From contig MU053379.1 in the NCBI GenBank assembly GCA_013239625.1, forward strand, positions 2,834,866-2,898,865: a DNA stretch of 64,000 nt. The letters run 5' to 3'. The notes under the pieces are model-generated. The model saw only the letters and a list, made by a program, of their open reading frames with translations, searched no databases and was not told the DNA's origin. Made by a program: the position numbers and the translations under genes. Positions 52,336 to 64,000 of this stretch are shown one piece after another (the stretch's first letter is position 1; each line of letters begins with the position of its first letter). This DNA is from Lama guanicoe (taxonomy: Eukaryota).

Positions 52336-52552
52336 CTGTAAAGGTTTGAATGTAGAGGAGTCAGAATCCTTACGTGGAAAATCGTTTCACTGCTGCCATC
52401 CCCACTCCTGCCACTCAGCTCACATTTACTGAGACCTCACGAGGGGCCAGTCATCGCCCCACGAAGGTTCAATGTGATCTCATTTATCTCCACCAGCACC
52501 CTAAGGAGACAAGCCTTATTGTCACCTCCCTTGTGGAGAGAGCTGAAAGGAG

Positions 52553-52603
52553 GCACAGAAAGTCGCACAGAAAGTCACACAGAAAATCACACAGAAAGCA
52601 CAC
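52553..52603. repeat. 12-bp tandem repeat, about 4 copies (RCACAGAAAGTC)
   Basis: gcacagaaagtc gcacagaaagtc acacagaaaatc acacagaaagc. Confidence 0.9.
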
Positions 52604-53649
52604 GCAGCGAGCAGGGGACAGGGCCGGAGGCCGGGCAGCCTGGTTCCTGAGACCACTCGCTGACAGATGAGACACTTAACAGCATGTTAGAGCACACGGT
52701 TTGACAAATTCTCTCCATTTTTGGTTAAAAAAAAAATCTTTGAAAGCATTTCAGATAGATCTCAGTTGTGAACAATCTAGGTGGCCACACCCATTTCCCT
52801 TCCCACACTGAGATAAGGGAACTGTGAAATAGGCCTGGGTCAGACGAGACACCACGGACGCGACCTCCTCGAGGCAGAACACACCCGGGTCCTTCCTCTG
52901 TGAGGGGCTGCACCCGCCCCGTGCTCGGGCTGGTCTCGGCGGGCCTGATGGGGTGCACAGCTATCCGGGGAGACGTCTTGGGCCATATAAATGGCTCGTC
53001 CACTTCCTCCAGGATGGGTTTGGGGCACTTTGCTGTTAAATCAAGTAAACATGCCATGCACGTGCCTCCTAACCTGCTGGACATCCAGCATAGACAGTCC
53101 TTGGCACACAGAAGTGGCCCAGTTAAATCTCTGTTGAACTGACCATAGATACAATGACACGTTTGATTATATCAATAACTCATTCTATAAATTATACTCT
53201 GAATTGCTAAAGCCGCTGGACCCATACCCAGTGATCTGTTAAGTTCTGGATTGTCATTCCCAGAGCACTTCCACTCTTCTCCTTGTTTCTACAGAACATT
53301 CTGAAACATCTCATAGGAAAACTAATGAGCACTTAAATAATCTGAATGTTTCTACCGTCTAATTGTTCAATATCTCAACATGTATAATCTGATGAGACAT
53401 CTAGATTGGTGAAATCGGGGTTCCATATTTTAACATATTCTCCAATATTTCCTCCTGCAGGAATATTATTTTTCTACTTAATTAGCAGAATGAATTGAAG
53501 CTCAACTAAAAAGTCATAAAAATAAATCAAGGAGGAAAGTGTGCTCCTTCTAGTCCTTTCCGTGTTCGTGTCTCTCTGGAGTCTACACGTAGTGACCATA
53601 CTTGGAAGGAAAATTAGAAAACACAGAAGAATAAAAAAACCCCACTAGT

Positions 53650-53876
53650 AGGGGTGTATGTATCTTTTTGAATTAATTCTTACTTTGCGGTTGGCTTTAT
53701 TCCTTTGATAACTATGTAAGTTTAAAAAGCTAAAGCTCTAAACGTTCTTAGAAACAATAAACAGTACCTACATGTAGATTTAAGAAATAAGTGCAGCATA
53801 TTGTGTATATGTATTTACATGCAATACATTGTATCTGTGCAGCCAAATTGTAACTTCTGCCTAAAAAAACTGAAAA
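53650..53876 (+). mobile_element. L1-mediated retrotransposition product with 17-bp TSD
   Basis: aaaaaaaccccactagt at 53633-53649 and 53877-53893. A-rich 3' end. First 26 nt are inverted L1 sequence. Confidence 0.75.
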
Positions 53877-54014
53877 AAAAAAACCCCACTAGTGTTCTTT
53901 GCTTCTATGTTGAAATCATAACCCTCACCTCAGTGCAGGATGCATTTGTGCATATAAAATGAGAAACTACTCTCATGTTTTGCAACTGATTCATTCACTC
54001 AAAATATTTATGAA

Positions 54015-54215
54015 CGCTTTTAAAATTTATTGTGTAAAATATACCTAACATAAAAGTCACCATTCAGGCCATTTGGGAGCGTGAATGCTTTTATACCTCG
54101 TGCTTGTGTAACAAGGTTATGAATGGCTGTGTAACATCCCATGACATTACTGTACTGGATCCAAGTCCTTGTCACCGGACACTTAGGTTGCTTCCATTGT
54201 AAAGACCTTATCACA
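54015..54215 (-). mobile_element. Old LINE-1 3' fragment
   Basis: acataaaagtcaccatt and ggacacttaggttgcttcca. The ORF reads WKQPKCP. Confidence 0.6.
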
Positions 54216-56067
54216 TTATCTTTGATGAGTCCTTAAAATAAATTCATACGACACACTGTAACTGACTATACTTCAATAAAAAAAAGATTTACATAAAAAT
54301 CAGATTCACAGAAATGGGACCGAGGTCGCTGCCCACTTTTAAGGCTCCCGGTGCGCACTGCCCTGCCGGCAGCGGAGACGGCGGGCGAGCGGGTGTCCAG
54401 CAGGCCCTCCTGGGGCGCCCGTCTCGGTGGGACGGCTGCGGGGGGTTCTGGGTGCTGCTCTGGCAGAGACCCTGCGCCCTCACACCGTCAGAGGTCTTGT
54501 CCTCCCGTAGCCAGGGCACCGCTTCCTGCCTCGGACTGGCCCTCAAAGAGCGATAATGACCTGAGGGCTCGGATGGTAAGAGAGGTCACGATCTGTCAAC
54601 TAAGAGACTGTCTCTTTCAACATGTGGGGAAAAAAATACAGTTACTCAATTTCTTTCTGCAGCTCTGTCTATATATTTAAAAGTCCTTAGTTCATTTTTC
54701 TCTGCTGTATGCACTTTACACACGTAAGACCATCTCAGGTTTATCTGAAATGTTCTTAATTTATTCTCCTTGGAAGTCCATGCTGTTTACGGCTGTAGCT
54801 GCTTCCAGGTCCTTGAGTCCTCATTAAGCCAACATGGGAGCAGAGAGCCCTCGGCCCCAGTGACTGCCTGACTGATGGAGGTGTGAGGAAAGGTGACCTT
54901 TTGCTGTAAACTCTCATCAAATTTCACAGCCTCCGAAATGCTAGCACCACAGAGAGCCTGGGAGGACGCAGATGCTGAGTCTGGCCTTACGAGAGCCAGG
55001 CTTCTGAAATGATAATTAGCAGCGTTAACAACACTTCATACCCAGGGCCTGCAGGACCAGAGCCTGAAGAAGCAGGCAGCTGAGGACCACAGGGACAGAA
55101 AATCAGCAACTTCCTCCGCTCCCTAAGAATGCGTCTTTCCTTCTCGTTAGGAACAGGCCAGAACAGCTCGGTATCCTGGTGCTATTGCATTAAAAAGCCA
55201 AAGAGAGAGCCACGGTTTTAACTGTCACTCTGCCGTGTGGTGGCGAGAGGCACTGACGCTGAGAAGGGGCACCCTCTTTAACTCGGCACAGCATTCACAC
55301 GTCTTTGCTGACTTCCCGGTATAAGAAGCATAGCTGCCAGACAGTCTCTGCTTTTCCTAAGGACGCGGCAAGCTGCAGCTCTGCCTTGGCAGCAGGCAGA
55401 GACGCTGATGTCAGAAATAAATGGACACATCCTGAAAGGCAGCGGAAGGACACGGTGTGGTCTCACCTGCTACCTGACCAGCACACAGACAGCCTGTATT
55501 TCTCACAGCTAAAGAGTCCCTTGCCTTTTTTTTCCCCCAAAGGAACCCTGAAAACACTCTGTACTGGAGAACAAGTGGACACCTTTGTCAGGAAGACGCG
55601 CAGCTCGGGAGTTGGGGTTTTAAGCAAACGTCAATCCAGGGGCGGGAGACGTGCTCATCAGGTCTCCCTCCCAGGGAGCTGATTCAACTGCGCCTCATGC
55701 AACTGAAGCGCACTCACACTCAACCAACGGCCAGAAGCACGCGACACCCGTGCGCCAGCGTGACACAAGGACGCGTGGCATCATTCAGCATGTGCCTGGA
55801 AAGCGAGTCGGGACCCAAGGGACTGCCTGCTCCCTACCAGGGGCCAGAGGGAGAGCGAGGTGACTTTCGAGCCCTTCAGAAAAAGCCCTCACAGCACCTC
55901 CCCAGAGAATCTGCTCTCTTCCTCCAGAGAAGATGCAGCGACAAGACCGGCAGCAGCGTGGGGAGGGGCCATGGGAGGGGGCGCCTGCAGGTTCTTCCTT
56001 GAGGTGCGCGGAGAGGGCTCCGAGAGGGGTGGAAAGAAATGGGCTTTTTAAAAACTAAAGATCAAGG

Positions 56068-56574
56068 TGACACAGGAAAATGTGGGTGCGAGAGGTAAGT
56101 TCCAGGGACGCGCCCCATCCAGCGAGGGTCCTGGGCTTCACGCAGGACAGAACTCAGTAGAGAGAAGGGAGATTTGTTCAGAGAGACGCGCACTCCACAC
56201 CGAGCACGGGCCGTCCCCGAAGGCCAGAGAGATGGACAGAGAGACAGCGACCACGAGGGGCGGGGCCTCAGTTCTCAGGGGCTGGGGAACGTCACACGCT
56301 AACAAGTGCGAGGCTTATTCCAACTACTCTGGGGACGGGGCGGGGTTCCAGGAACTGGGCCACCACCCACTTTTGACCTGTCATGGCCAGCCTCGGAACC
56401 GTCACAGTGTTAATATATCAGGGAGCATACAGAGTAGCTCAAGGTCAACTGGAGGTCAAATCTCCCACCACTTCAGGCCTCACAGTCCACTGCGAGCTGA
56501 CTCCCGCCATCCTGGTGCTAACTGCCGTGCCATTCTTTCAATGGCTGTGCCTTGCCCCCTCCCCTCCTGTCTCA
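56068..56574 (-). mobile_element. Solo LTR, ERV1-class (507 bp)
   Basis: TG...CA ends with imperfect inverted termini tgacacagg / cctgtctca. 4-bp TSD aagg at 56064-56067 and 56575-56578. Orientation is inferred. Confidence 0.82.
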
Positions 56575-57213
56575 AAGGGAGCAGGCCGTTCAAGACTTCC
56601 GAGCACCTGCGACGTACCAAGGACTATAGCTGCATCGGACGGAGATGCTTTTGGAAGCACGCATCTCCCCAGATCAAACGCTGGTCATCAGATTACACTG
56701 AGGACGGATTCTGAGATGGTCCGGAAAAGGGGCAGACCTGAGAACTGACCAGCTTTGGAGAATGAGGTTTGGGGCTGAGGAGCAGCTCATGACAGCACCC
56801 GGGTCTTAACCTCGCCAACCCTGCAGAGCCAAGACCGCGGGATGCTGGCCAGCAGGCCCATGGCGCAGGTTAGGAAGTCGGGGTCAATGGCTTCAAACTA
56901 CCGGTCTGTGCGCACAGGCAGGCCGTCTGACCTGGGCAAACCCCTGACCCTCAGTGGAGCGAGAGGTGGCCGCAGAAGTGAAGTAAGAACCAGAATCCCC
57001 TGGCTTCCATGTGCCTCAGTCAAAGGCAGAGATTAGTGGGGGCGATGACCTCATGTAAGTTTATTCCTCAGGGCGAAAACACCAACGGCGCGGTCTGTGC
57101 CTGAGCGCCGGCTCCCGGACCTGTGTGGGGGGGTGTGCTCGGCACCCGTGTCTGGGGGCCCCGCACACGCGCACACAGACAAGGACAGGGTGGTTGGGCA
57201 TACTTCCACGTAC

Positions 57214-57285
57214 CACTGTCGGGAGTCCAGATTTTTCAGCTCTCTCAGTAATTTTGAATTTTTCTTCAACAGATGGAAATTCTTC
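57214..57285 (-). CDS. RALGAPA2: RALGAPA2 coding exon, 72 nt ([25 protein letters not shown]), phase 2 to 2
   Basis: Acceptor tatacag|GAAG, donor CAGTG|gtacgt. In frame with both neighbours. Confidence 0.96.
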
Positions 57286-58071
57286 CTGTATAGAAAGAGA
57301 GGTGGAAGAAAAGTCGTGTCGTCACAGATCGGCTTTGCCCTTTCCAATCGACTAACAAACCTACCTGTTCATCCGTCCCTCCATCCACCCCTCCATAACA
57401 CCTCATTCATAAAAGAGTTGTGACCCAAGCCTCCAGAATGAATTTCGTTCTTAAGGTAGTCAAAGACATCACAGTTCCACTGCGCCCCTCTGGTCCAGGG
57501 ACTCTGGGTGGCCCTGACCCGCGGCTGTGTGACCTGTGTGCCTGTCTGCACCTGTTTTCACTGCTGGCTCTGCTGTGAGACCCTTTTCCCCACCTCCGTA
57601 GCTCAGATCCGCCCCTTCCACAGGGTCCTCCCCATCGCCCCGCACTTCCCAATGGGCTGAACCCTCAAGTCACAGCATCTTTCATCAGAGGTGTACAGAG
57701 CCTGCTGCCCCCACCAGCGCTAAGGACAGACGGTGGCTTATTCCATCTTTGTCGTCCATCTGCATTTTTCCCAAAGGCAGAAGGAACAATGGACACACAG
57801 CCATAATTAAAACACACACATACACACACACACAAAGTAAATGTTTGATACCCTTAAAAGTACACAGCAGATGCCTGGAATTCAATCTGTGCATCAGTAC
57901 AGCACAGTTAGCCAAATTTCTAGCTTTAATTTAGCATAAAATAAGCTCTCAGCGCTGAAGCAGAGAAAAATCTCCACTTCTGCTCTCTGCTTCCCAGACC
58001 CCAAACTGATGTAAAGAACAAGCCCACAAAAATTGCGATGAAATAACCGAAGGTCTAGAGGCGGCCATTAC

Positions 58072-58843
58072 CTTCTGTCCCAAGAATTCATTCCCAAGTC
58101 GTCAAGCAACAGCCTGCAGAAGTAGAAGGCCCCCCGGGGCCCCACGGCGGGCGGCTGCTCCTGGCTGGGGACTCTCATGGCGGAGCTGGAGTTGCATCTC
58201 CGGACGTACTCGTCCTCCTGGGCGTTCTGGCGCAAGATGGCCTCGATGATTTCCTTCTCTTGGTCACGGCTCATCCCACACGGGGGTGGGGAAGGCTCGT
58301 TGAGATTTAGCTGTGACGGTAAAAGGCATTCAGGGCTCGTGTGACCAATGTTTTCCAGCAGCTGGTCGAGGACATCCTCTCCCTCCTCTGCCTGAGAAAG
58401 CTCCTTCTGAGGTCCGGAGGCTGGATGAGGCCAGCCAGAGATCGGGAGAGAGGGGCTTCTGCCCTCGCGTGCAGAGCAGCCTTGCAGAGGGCCGTAGAGC
58501 AGCTTCCCATCCCAAGAGTACTTCCCTGAGACGTCCCTCACGATGACCCGCACGTCGGAGAGGGCGCCCGCTGGCGAGCCGCCCGCAGGACCGTCCGCGG
58601 GCGTCTGCAGGCAGGAGATGAGGGTGCTGTCGTTGAACACGAACAGCTGCAGGCCGGGGCTCCTGAACACGTCGGGGGAGAGCTCGGCCGCGCCGGCGTG
58701 CGCGTTGTCGTGGTTCTCACTGACCAGGCTGTGCAGCACGGCCGGGCCCCCGCGGAGCGGGAAGTGGCCCAGGTGGTTGACCAGGTGCGCCATCACCATG
58801 CGGGCCGTCAGCGGGATCAGCTCCAGACTCCTCCTCTTCCTCT
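58072..58843 (-). CDS. RALGAPA2: RALGAPA2 large coding exon, 772 nt ([27 protein letters not shown]...LGMNSWDR), phase 1 to 2
   Basis: Lies inside the 277-aa ORF 58068..58901. Acceptor ccggcag|AGAGG, donor AGAAG|gtaatg. Peptide recognised as RalGAP alpha-2. Confidence 0.97.
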
Positions 58844-59301
58844 CTGCCGGCGGAGGGAGCATGCAGAGACAGGGGGAGGGGAGGTTACAAGCGAGCAGCA
58901 CCAGCTCTCAGCCTGCCCTGGGGGTTCGAGGATTTCAGTCTGGGGACTCTTTTTGCCTCTTTTTTCTTTTTCTTTTGTTTTTGACATGAATTCTACTGGA
59001 ATGTAAAAGTGCAATTTAAATTGACTGCTGAAAGAACCCACTTACATGAAAACTTCATTCTGACAGGGACACTGAAAAATGTGTAGCTATAGCAATAAAC
59101 CAGAGAAAGATCCTGGTCCTCAAGGAGCCAATGGCTCGAGGATCTCCGGGGGGAGGATGTGCAGCTCGAGGGGACGGCAGAGCTGGGGTGGGGGGTGTGG
59201 GACCAGGCCAGGGAGGTGGCCTCACTTCCCTCCGTGCAGAAAGGGAGACACTGATATAACGGAATGAATCAAGCCACTGACTACTTAAAAATACTTGAAG
59301 C

Positions 59302-60275
59302 TTTTTCAGGAACTTCCATACTGTTCTCCATAAACTGGCTGCACAACTTACATTCCCAGCAGCAGTGCAGGAGGGCTCCCTTCTCCACAGCCTCTCCAGC
59401 AATTATTTGTGGACTTTTTGATGATGACCATTCTGACTGGTGTGAGGTGATACCTCATTGTAGTTTTATTTGCATTTCTCTAATAACTAGTGATATTGAA
59501 TATCTTTTCATGTGCCTGTTGGCCACCTGAATGTCTTTGGAGAAATGTCTATTTAGATCTGCCCATTTTTTGATTGGGTTGCTGTTTTTTTACATATATA
59601 CAAAGATTCCTTAAAAAACAAAAAATAAAGTTACCATATGATCCAGCAATCCCACTCCTGGGCATATATCCAGAGAAAACTCTAATTTGAAAAGATACAT
59701 ACACCTCAATGTTCATAGCAGCACTGCTTACAATAGCCCAGACATGGACGCAACCTAAGTGCTCATCAACAGATGACTGGATAAAGAAAATGTGGTATAT
59801 ACATACAATGGAATATCAGCCATGAAAAGTAAGAAAATAATGCCATCTGCAGCAACATAGATGGACCTGGAGATGATCATACGAAGTGAAGTCAGTCAAA
59901 GACAAATACATATTGCTTATATGTGGAATCGAAAAAAATGAACAGTGCAAATGAACTTATTTACAAAACAGAAACAGACTCACAGACATGGAAAGCAAAT
60001 GTATGGTTTCCAAAGCAGAAAGGGTGAAGGAGGGATAAATTAGGAGTTTGGGATTAACAGATATAAAATAGATAACCAACAAGGGCCTGCTGTGGAGCAC
60101 AGGGAACTATATTCAATGTCTCGTAATAACCTATAATGGAAAAGAATCTGATAAAGAACAGATTTATATATATATATATAAAACCGAATCACTTTGCTCT
60201 ACTGAAACTAACACTACATTGTAAAGCAACTATACTTCAATTAAGAAATGGTAAAAATTAAAAAAATAAAAAATT
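59302..60275 (+). mobile_element. LINE-1 3' end with 5' inversion
   Basis: About 59302-59590 is antisense L1 ORF2 sequence. About 59605-60275 is sense ORF2 end, 3'UTR and A tail. Confidence 0.9.
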
Positions 60276-61981
60276 AGTATCTGAAGCCACTTGCCTTAGG
60301 ATCATTGTGACTATGCCTTGCTGTTGGGGCATTTTAATATTTAACAGAACCTGGTCTATTAATAATTCATGGAATGCCTTAGAAGGCTTTAACTAAATTT
60401 GTAGTTGGTTAAATGCCCATGAGCAACTAATTTACAAAATTTTTCAGACTTCAAATGTATAGAGAGACTGACAAAAGCATGTAAAAGTGGGCCGTGTGAA
60501 ACATTTGGGGTATAAGGAAGAAAGACTAACTCCACAAGAATGGACTGAAATGACTACTTAAGCTTGAGAGCAGTTAAGAGAAATTTTAATCTACCAAATT
60601 CTCAAAAGAATCGTGCGTCACACTAAGAACAAGTGATAATGGAAAGTTCTAATAAAAAGAAAACACCAGACAGTTAAATAAACCAACATTTATCATTTGG
60701 GCTTAAAGGGTTAGGAGATACTTGGTTTCTAAGTTCACAAGAGAATTTAAAATCTCTTTTGCCACAGAATTTCACAGTCATTTTTATACCACAGAACTGT
60801 GCTGGGACAAGTCTGCATGAAGCCCCGAGGTTCTCTGGAGAGTGAATATTCAAGTCAGAGACTGTTGTATATTGAAAGAAAGTGGCACAAAAATTTAGAT
60901 GTGCTAATTTTAGGTTTGTCCTTTTTCATTAACCTATTCGTCTTCTGCCATTTTTAAGTGACGGGTCATGGTAAGGGGCGAACCTGTTTCCGGGACAGCC
61001 CCGTGGGTTGCCTTTAGGGGAAGTAAGTTAATTTTCTTATGACATGGACAACAAGGTAGGAGACAACAGAGAAACAGATCCAGGGTCATTTTATTATTTA
61101 AAAAAATGTTTTGAATTTACAACTAGGGGGGAAAAAATCAAGAAAAGACTGCAGTTTGAGAGAACAGCAGAACACCAGCAGAGGACAAGCAGGTGATTCA
61201 GAGACTGGAGGGCACGCAGCAGGAGCGTGGACTGTGCCCCGTCGCCCCGCCAGCCACACGGCCCCAGTCAGGAGGGTCTGCTCTCCTGCAAAACCTCCAT
61301 GTGAAGAAGGCAGCGTTTCAGGAACCTGGTCATTAAGTCTTAGACTGAAAGTCCACCTCCATCACTGCCGACCTGGGCACCCTTGGGAAAATCCCTCCCG
61401 TTTGCTAAAACTATGACGGGCTGCTCCGGAGCCCCGCTCCCATCTGGCCCCCACTCCCGGCCCATCCCCCTCGGCCTGAACTCCACTCCGACTCTGCAGT
61501 CCTGAGAGCACAGCCTGGACCCCGGACCCTCACTGGCGAGTGCCTGCCGAGTCCTTCCTCCCTCTGCCCAAGGCCCCACCCGGGGTCTGTCTCGGCACTC
61601 CCAGGTCACCTGTTCACACTGTCTGGCGACAGACCAAGCACTCTGTCCAAAGTACTCGGTCAGACCCACCAACCAAACACTTCTTTGGAAAATAAAACCA
61701 CTCCTGTTCTGGTTTCACCCTCCATGAGCTTCTGGAAGCACCTGTCTCTGCCGGCCTTCCTCGGCCGCCTGTCTGCCTTCTTCCCTCGACCTCCTAGAAA
61801 CGACACCTCTCGGTTCTCCGTCCGTTTTCCAGATGTTGCTTTCCTGGTGATGTCCCCTCATTCCCTTTCCTTTAAGGAATTCCTTAAGTTCTATTCTATC
61901 CCCAAGGTTCCATTCTTAGGCCTAGGTTTTAGCCTGCTAAGTCCATAAAATTTTCACGGATGATTTGACACTCCATACCCA

Positions 61982-62215
61982 CTTTTTTTTTAACTTTCAA
62001 TTTTTGAGACACTTGAAAATGCACCTGTACTTGTAAGAAATAATACAGAGTGATCCGGAATATCCTTCACGCAAGCGGTAACATCTTGGATGGTGACAGT
62101 ACAGTATCACAATCATCACTGAGACAACGCATCAGGATTCAGAGTTCACTAGTCTTACATACACTCATTTGTGTGTGTGTGTGTGTGTGTGTGTGATTCT
62201 ACGCAGCTTTATCAC
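61982..62215 (-). mobile_element. Old L1 (L1MC/MD-like) 3' end containing (TG)n at 62170-62195
   Basis: T-run, then gtaagaaataatacagag...ggtaacatcttg...acagtatcacaa. Confidence 0.6.
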
Positions 62216-62840
62216 ACGTAAAGAAGACACACCCGCATCTTGACTCATCTTCCAAGGCCTAGGGAGGGGCTCTTGTCATCCAGGGAGAAGGGTGGTGGAG
62301 GGGGACACGCGCAGCCTCCCAAGTCCTGACAACACCCACACACTCTCCGGCGGGCCCTCTGCTCTGAGATCAAGTCTCACGCTGTGGCTCGCAAACTCCC
62401 CTCTTTCTTCGTGAAGCCCTCCTAGTCTGGAACACTCTACCAGTGCCTTGCAAAGTCTGCCCATCCTTCCAGGTCTGGCTTAAGTCCTCCGTGGAAGCCC
62501 CCAAGGTGCTCCAGGGCCACATGTGAGTCCCTCTGCCTTAATCCTGTCTCTCCCATGAGATGAAAGCTCCTTGGGGACAGAAAATGAACTGGTTTTGTGG
62601 GTTCTCTGGGTCTGAGACATGCAGGTCCTCAATAATACAAAATTTAACCAGGATGGGACAAGAAGGGGGAGGAGAACAAAAAAGGACAAGAAACAAAGAA
62701 GGAAGAATTTGCTATCACAGAAACCTCTAGAAACCCGGATTTCAGCACTAGATTTTTAAAAAATAACACAGCAAGTGTGAACACAAGGCTGCCACCTTCC
62801 CTTTCTTGCTCATGGTAATGAATATTCTGGAGACTCTTAC

Positions 62841-63024
62841 CCTCTTCAACAGTAAGCAGGTTGCCCAGCTCTGCTGATGAAGGATACTGAACCGGCTCAG
62901 AATTCTTCACGTTGGCCAGGGGCAGGAAGGGGTCGTAGTCCGTGGATGACAGGTCAGCCAGCGTCAGGGTTTTGTGGCTCTGTTGGGTGTATGTGCTCGA
63001 GCCACAAACGCAGCAGTGCAAAAC
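62841..63024 (-). CDS. RALGAPA2: RALGAPA2 coding exon, 184 nt ([10 protein letters not shown]...LGNLLTVEE), phase 0 to 1
   Basis: Minus strand tggcag|GTTTTGCAC acceptor and GAGG|gtaaga donor. Translation matches recalled RALGAPA2 and joins the next exon in frame (G+AG=Glu). Confidence 0.95.
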
Positions 63025-63309
63025 CTGCCAAAAACAGAAGGGAAGGTGCGTTGCGGGTGCCGCCAACCTCCTGTCTCCTGACGATCTGTCCAACCACAAT
63101 GGCACTTAGGTAGGCCTCCGGCCTGGTAATTCCTGAAAACATGGAATCCTTCCCCTCTAGAACGCCTTCCTGCTATTAGCAAGTGTATCTTGCTCCTTTC
63201 ACGTCAATGTCAGTAAGTAAAAGGAAAGGAAACGTCAACAAGAGCTTATTTCCCTATTCTGTGCAGTCAGTCCTGCTCTGGTCCACAGAGGCAGCACGAG
63301 GGCAGGGAG

Positions 63310-63533
63310 CCCAACCAGGAGATGCGGACCAGCCGGGGGATGAGGACCAGCCAGGGGATGAGGACCAGCCAGGGGAATGAGGACCCAGCCGGGGAATGAG
63401 GACCAGCCAGGCGAATGAGGACCCGGCCCGGGGATGAGGACCAGCCAGGGGAATGAGGACCCAGCCGGGGGATGAGGACCAGCCAGGGGAATGAGGACCC
63501 AGCCGGGGGATGAGAACCGGCCGGGGGATGAGC
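63310..63533. repeat. G-rich minisatellite, about 12 copies of an 18-19 bp unit (ACC(C)AGCCRGGGGA(A)TGAGG)
   Basis: Units counted by eye. They abut directly with no spacers. Confidence 0.95.
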
Positions 63534-64000
63534 TGCAGATAACCCACCACCCAGGCTGGAAGGCAGAGAGGGAGCAATTAGCAGAGACCCTTAGCCTAGC
63601 TGATAAATGTTAATGAATCTGAATTTGTGTAACTCACAACCCCATGACTTGGAAGAGCTAATACAATTTTTAAAAGTATAATTAATGCAATAAATTTAAT
63701 ACAAATTAGTTTCCTGAAAGCTCACTGCGTGTTAACCAATTACCGTTGACTGAAGGCCTGTAAGCCAGGCACACAAACCATCTTGAGTATGCCAAAGCGT
63801 ATAAATGAGCTAATAACTGTACTAAAGTTTACTTTTTTAAATCGTAAATTCAAGATCATTAATTCAAAAACCTGATTTTTATGAAGACGAGGATAGCACT
63901 TTAGAAACTAAGGAAAGATCACTTTTGGGGACCTGCTCTGATCTGCCCCAGGCAGGACGCCGTGGGGTCAGGCTGGGCGTCTCCCGAGTTAGTTCCCTCT

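Noticed and set aside
56067..56714. 215-aa plus-strand ORF
   Set aside because: It overlaps the solo LTR almost entirely and shows no gag, pol or env motifs.
58844..58901. N-terminal extension of the 277-aa ORF as an independent gene start
   Set aside because: This is the intronic pyrimidine tract upstream of the acceptor at 58844-58845.
63310..63533. Regular repeat resembling a CRISPR array, or a repeat protein (QPGDED ORF)
   Set aside because: No unique spacers and a mammalian intronic context. It is a minisatellite and the ORF is a by-product.

Overview
Mammalian genomic DNA, most likely a camelid (inferred from Vic-1-like tRNA-derived SINEs, Cetartiodactyla-type L1 3' ends and no recognisable Alu, Bov-A or PRE1). 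The window lies inside the 3' half of RALGAPA2 (Ral GTPase-activating protein catalytic subunit alpha-2) on the minus strand. Seven coding exons (63024 down to 33095; 184, 772, 72, 124, 156, 159 and 128 nt) splice into one open frame covering the RapGAP-family GAP domain, with the catalytic RHLGND motif intact. The last exon I can find ends at a minor-spliceosome (U12-type) donor, GTATCCTTT. A major-type donor (GTAAGT) follows 12 nt later and overlaps an in-frame TAA. The remaining ~33 kb (1-33094) appears to be one very long intron; I could not find the next exon in it. The introns hold L1, L2, MIR, SINE, hAT/mariner and LTR relics, a G-rich minisatellite and several enhancer-like blocks. I cannot demonstrate a new biological system. 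The best leads are the U12/U2/stop splice arrangement and a 227-bp TSD-flanked insertion that looks like an L1 3' transduction. Repeat family names and human comparisons are from recall, not database searches.
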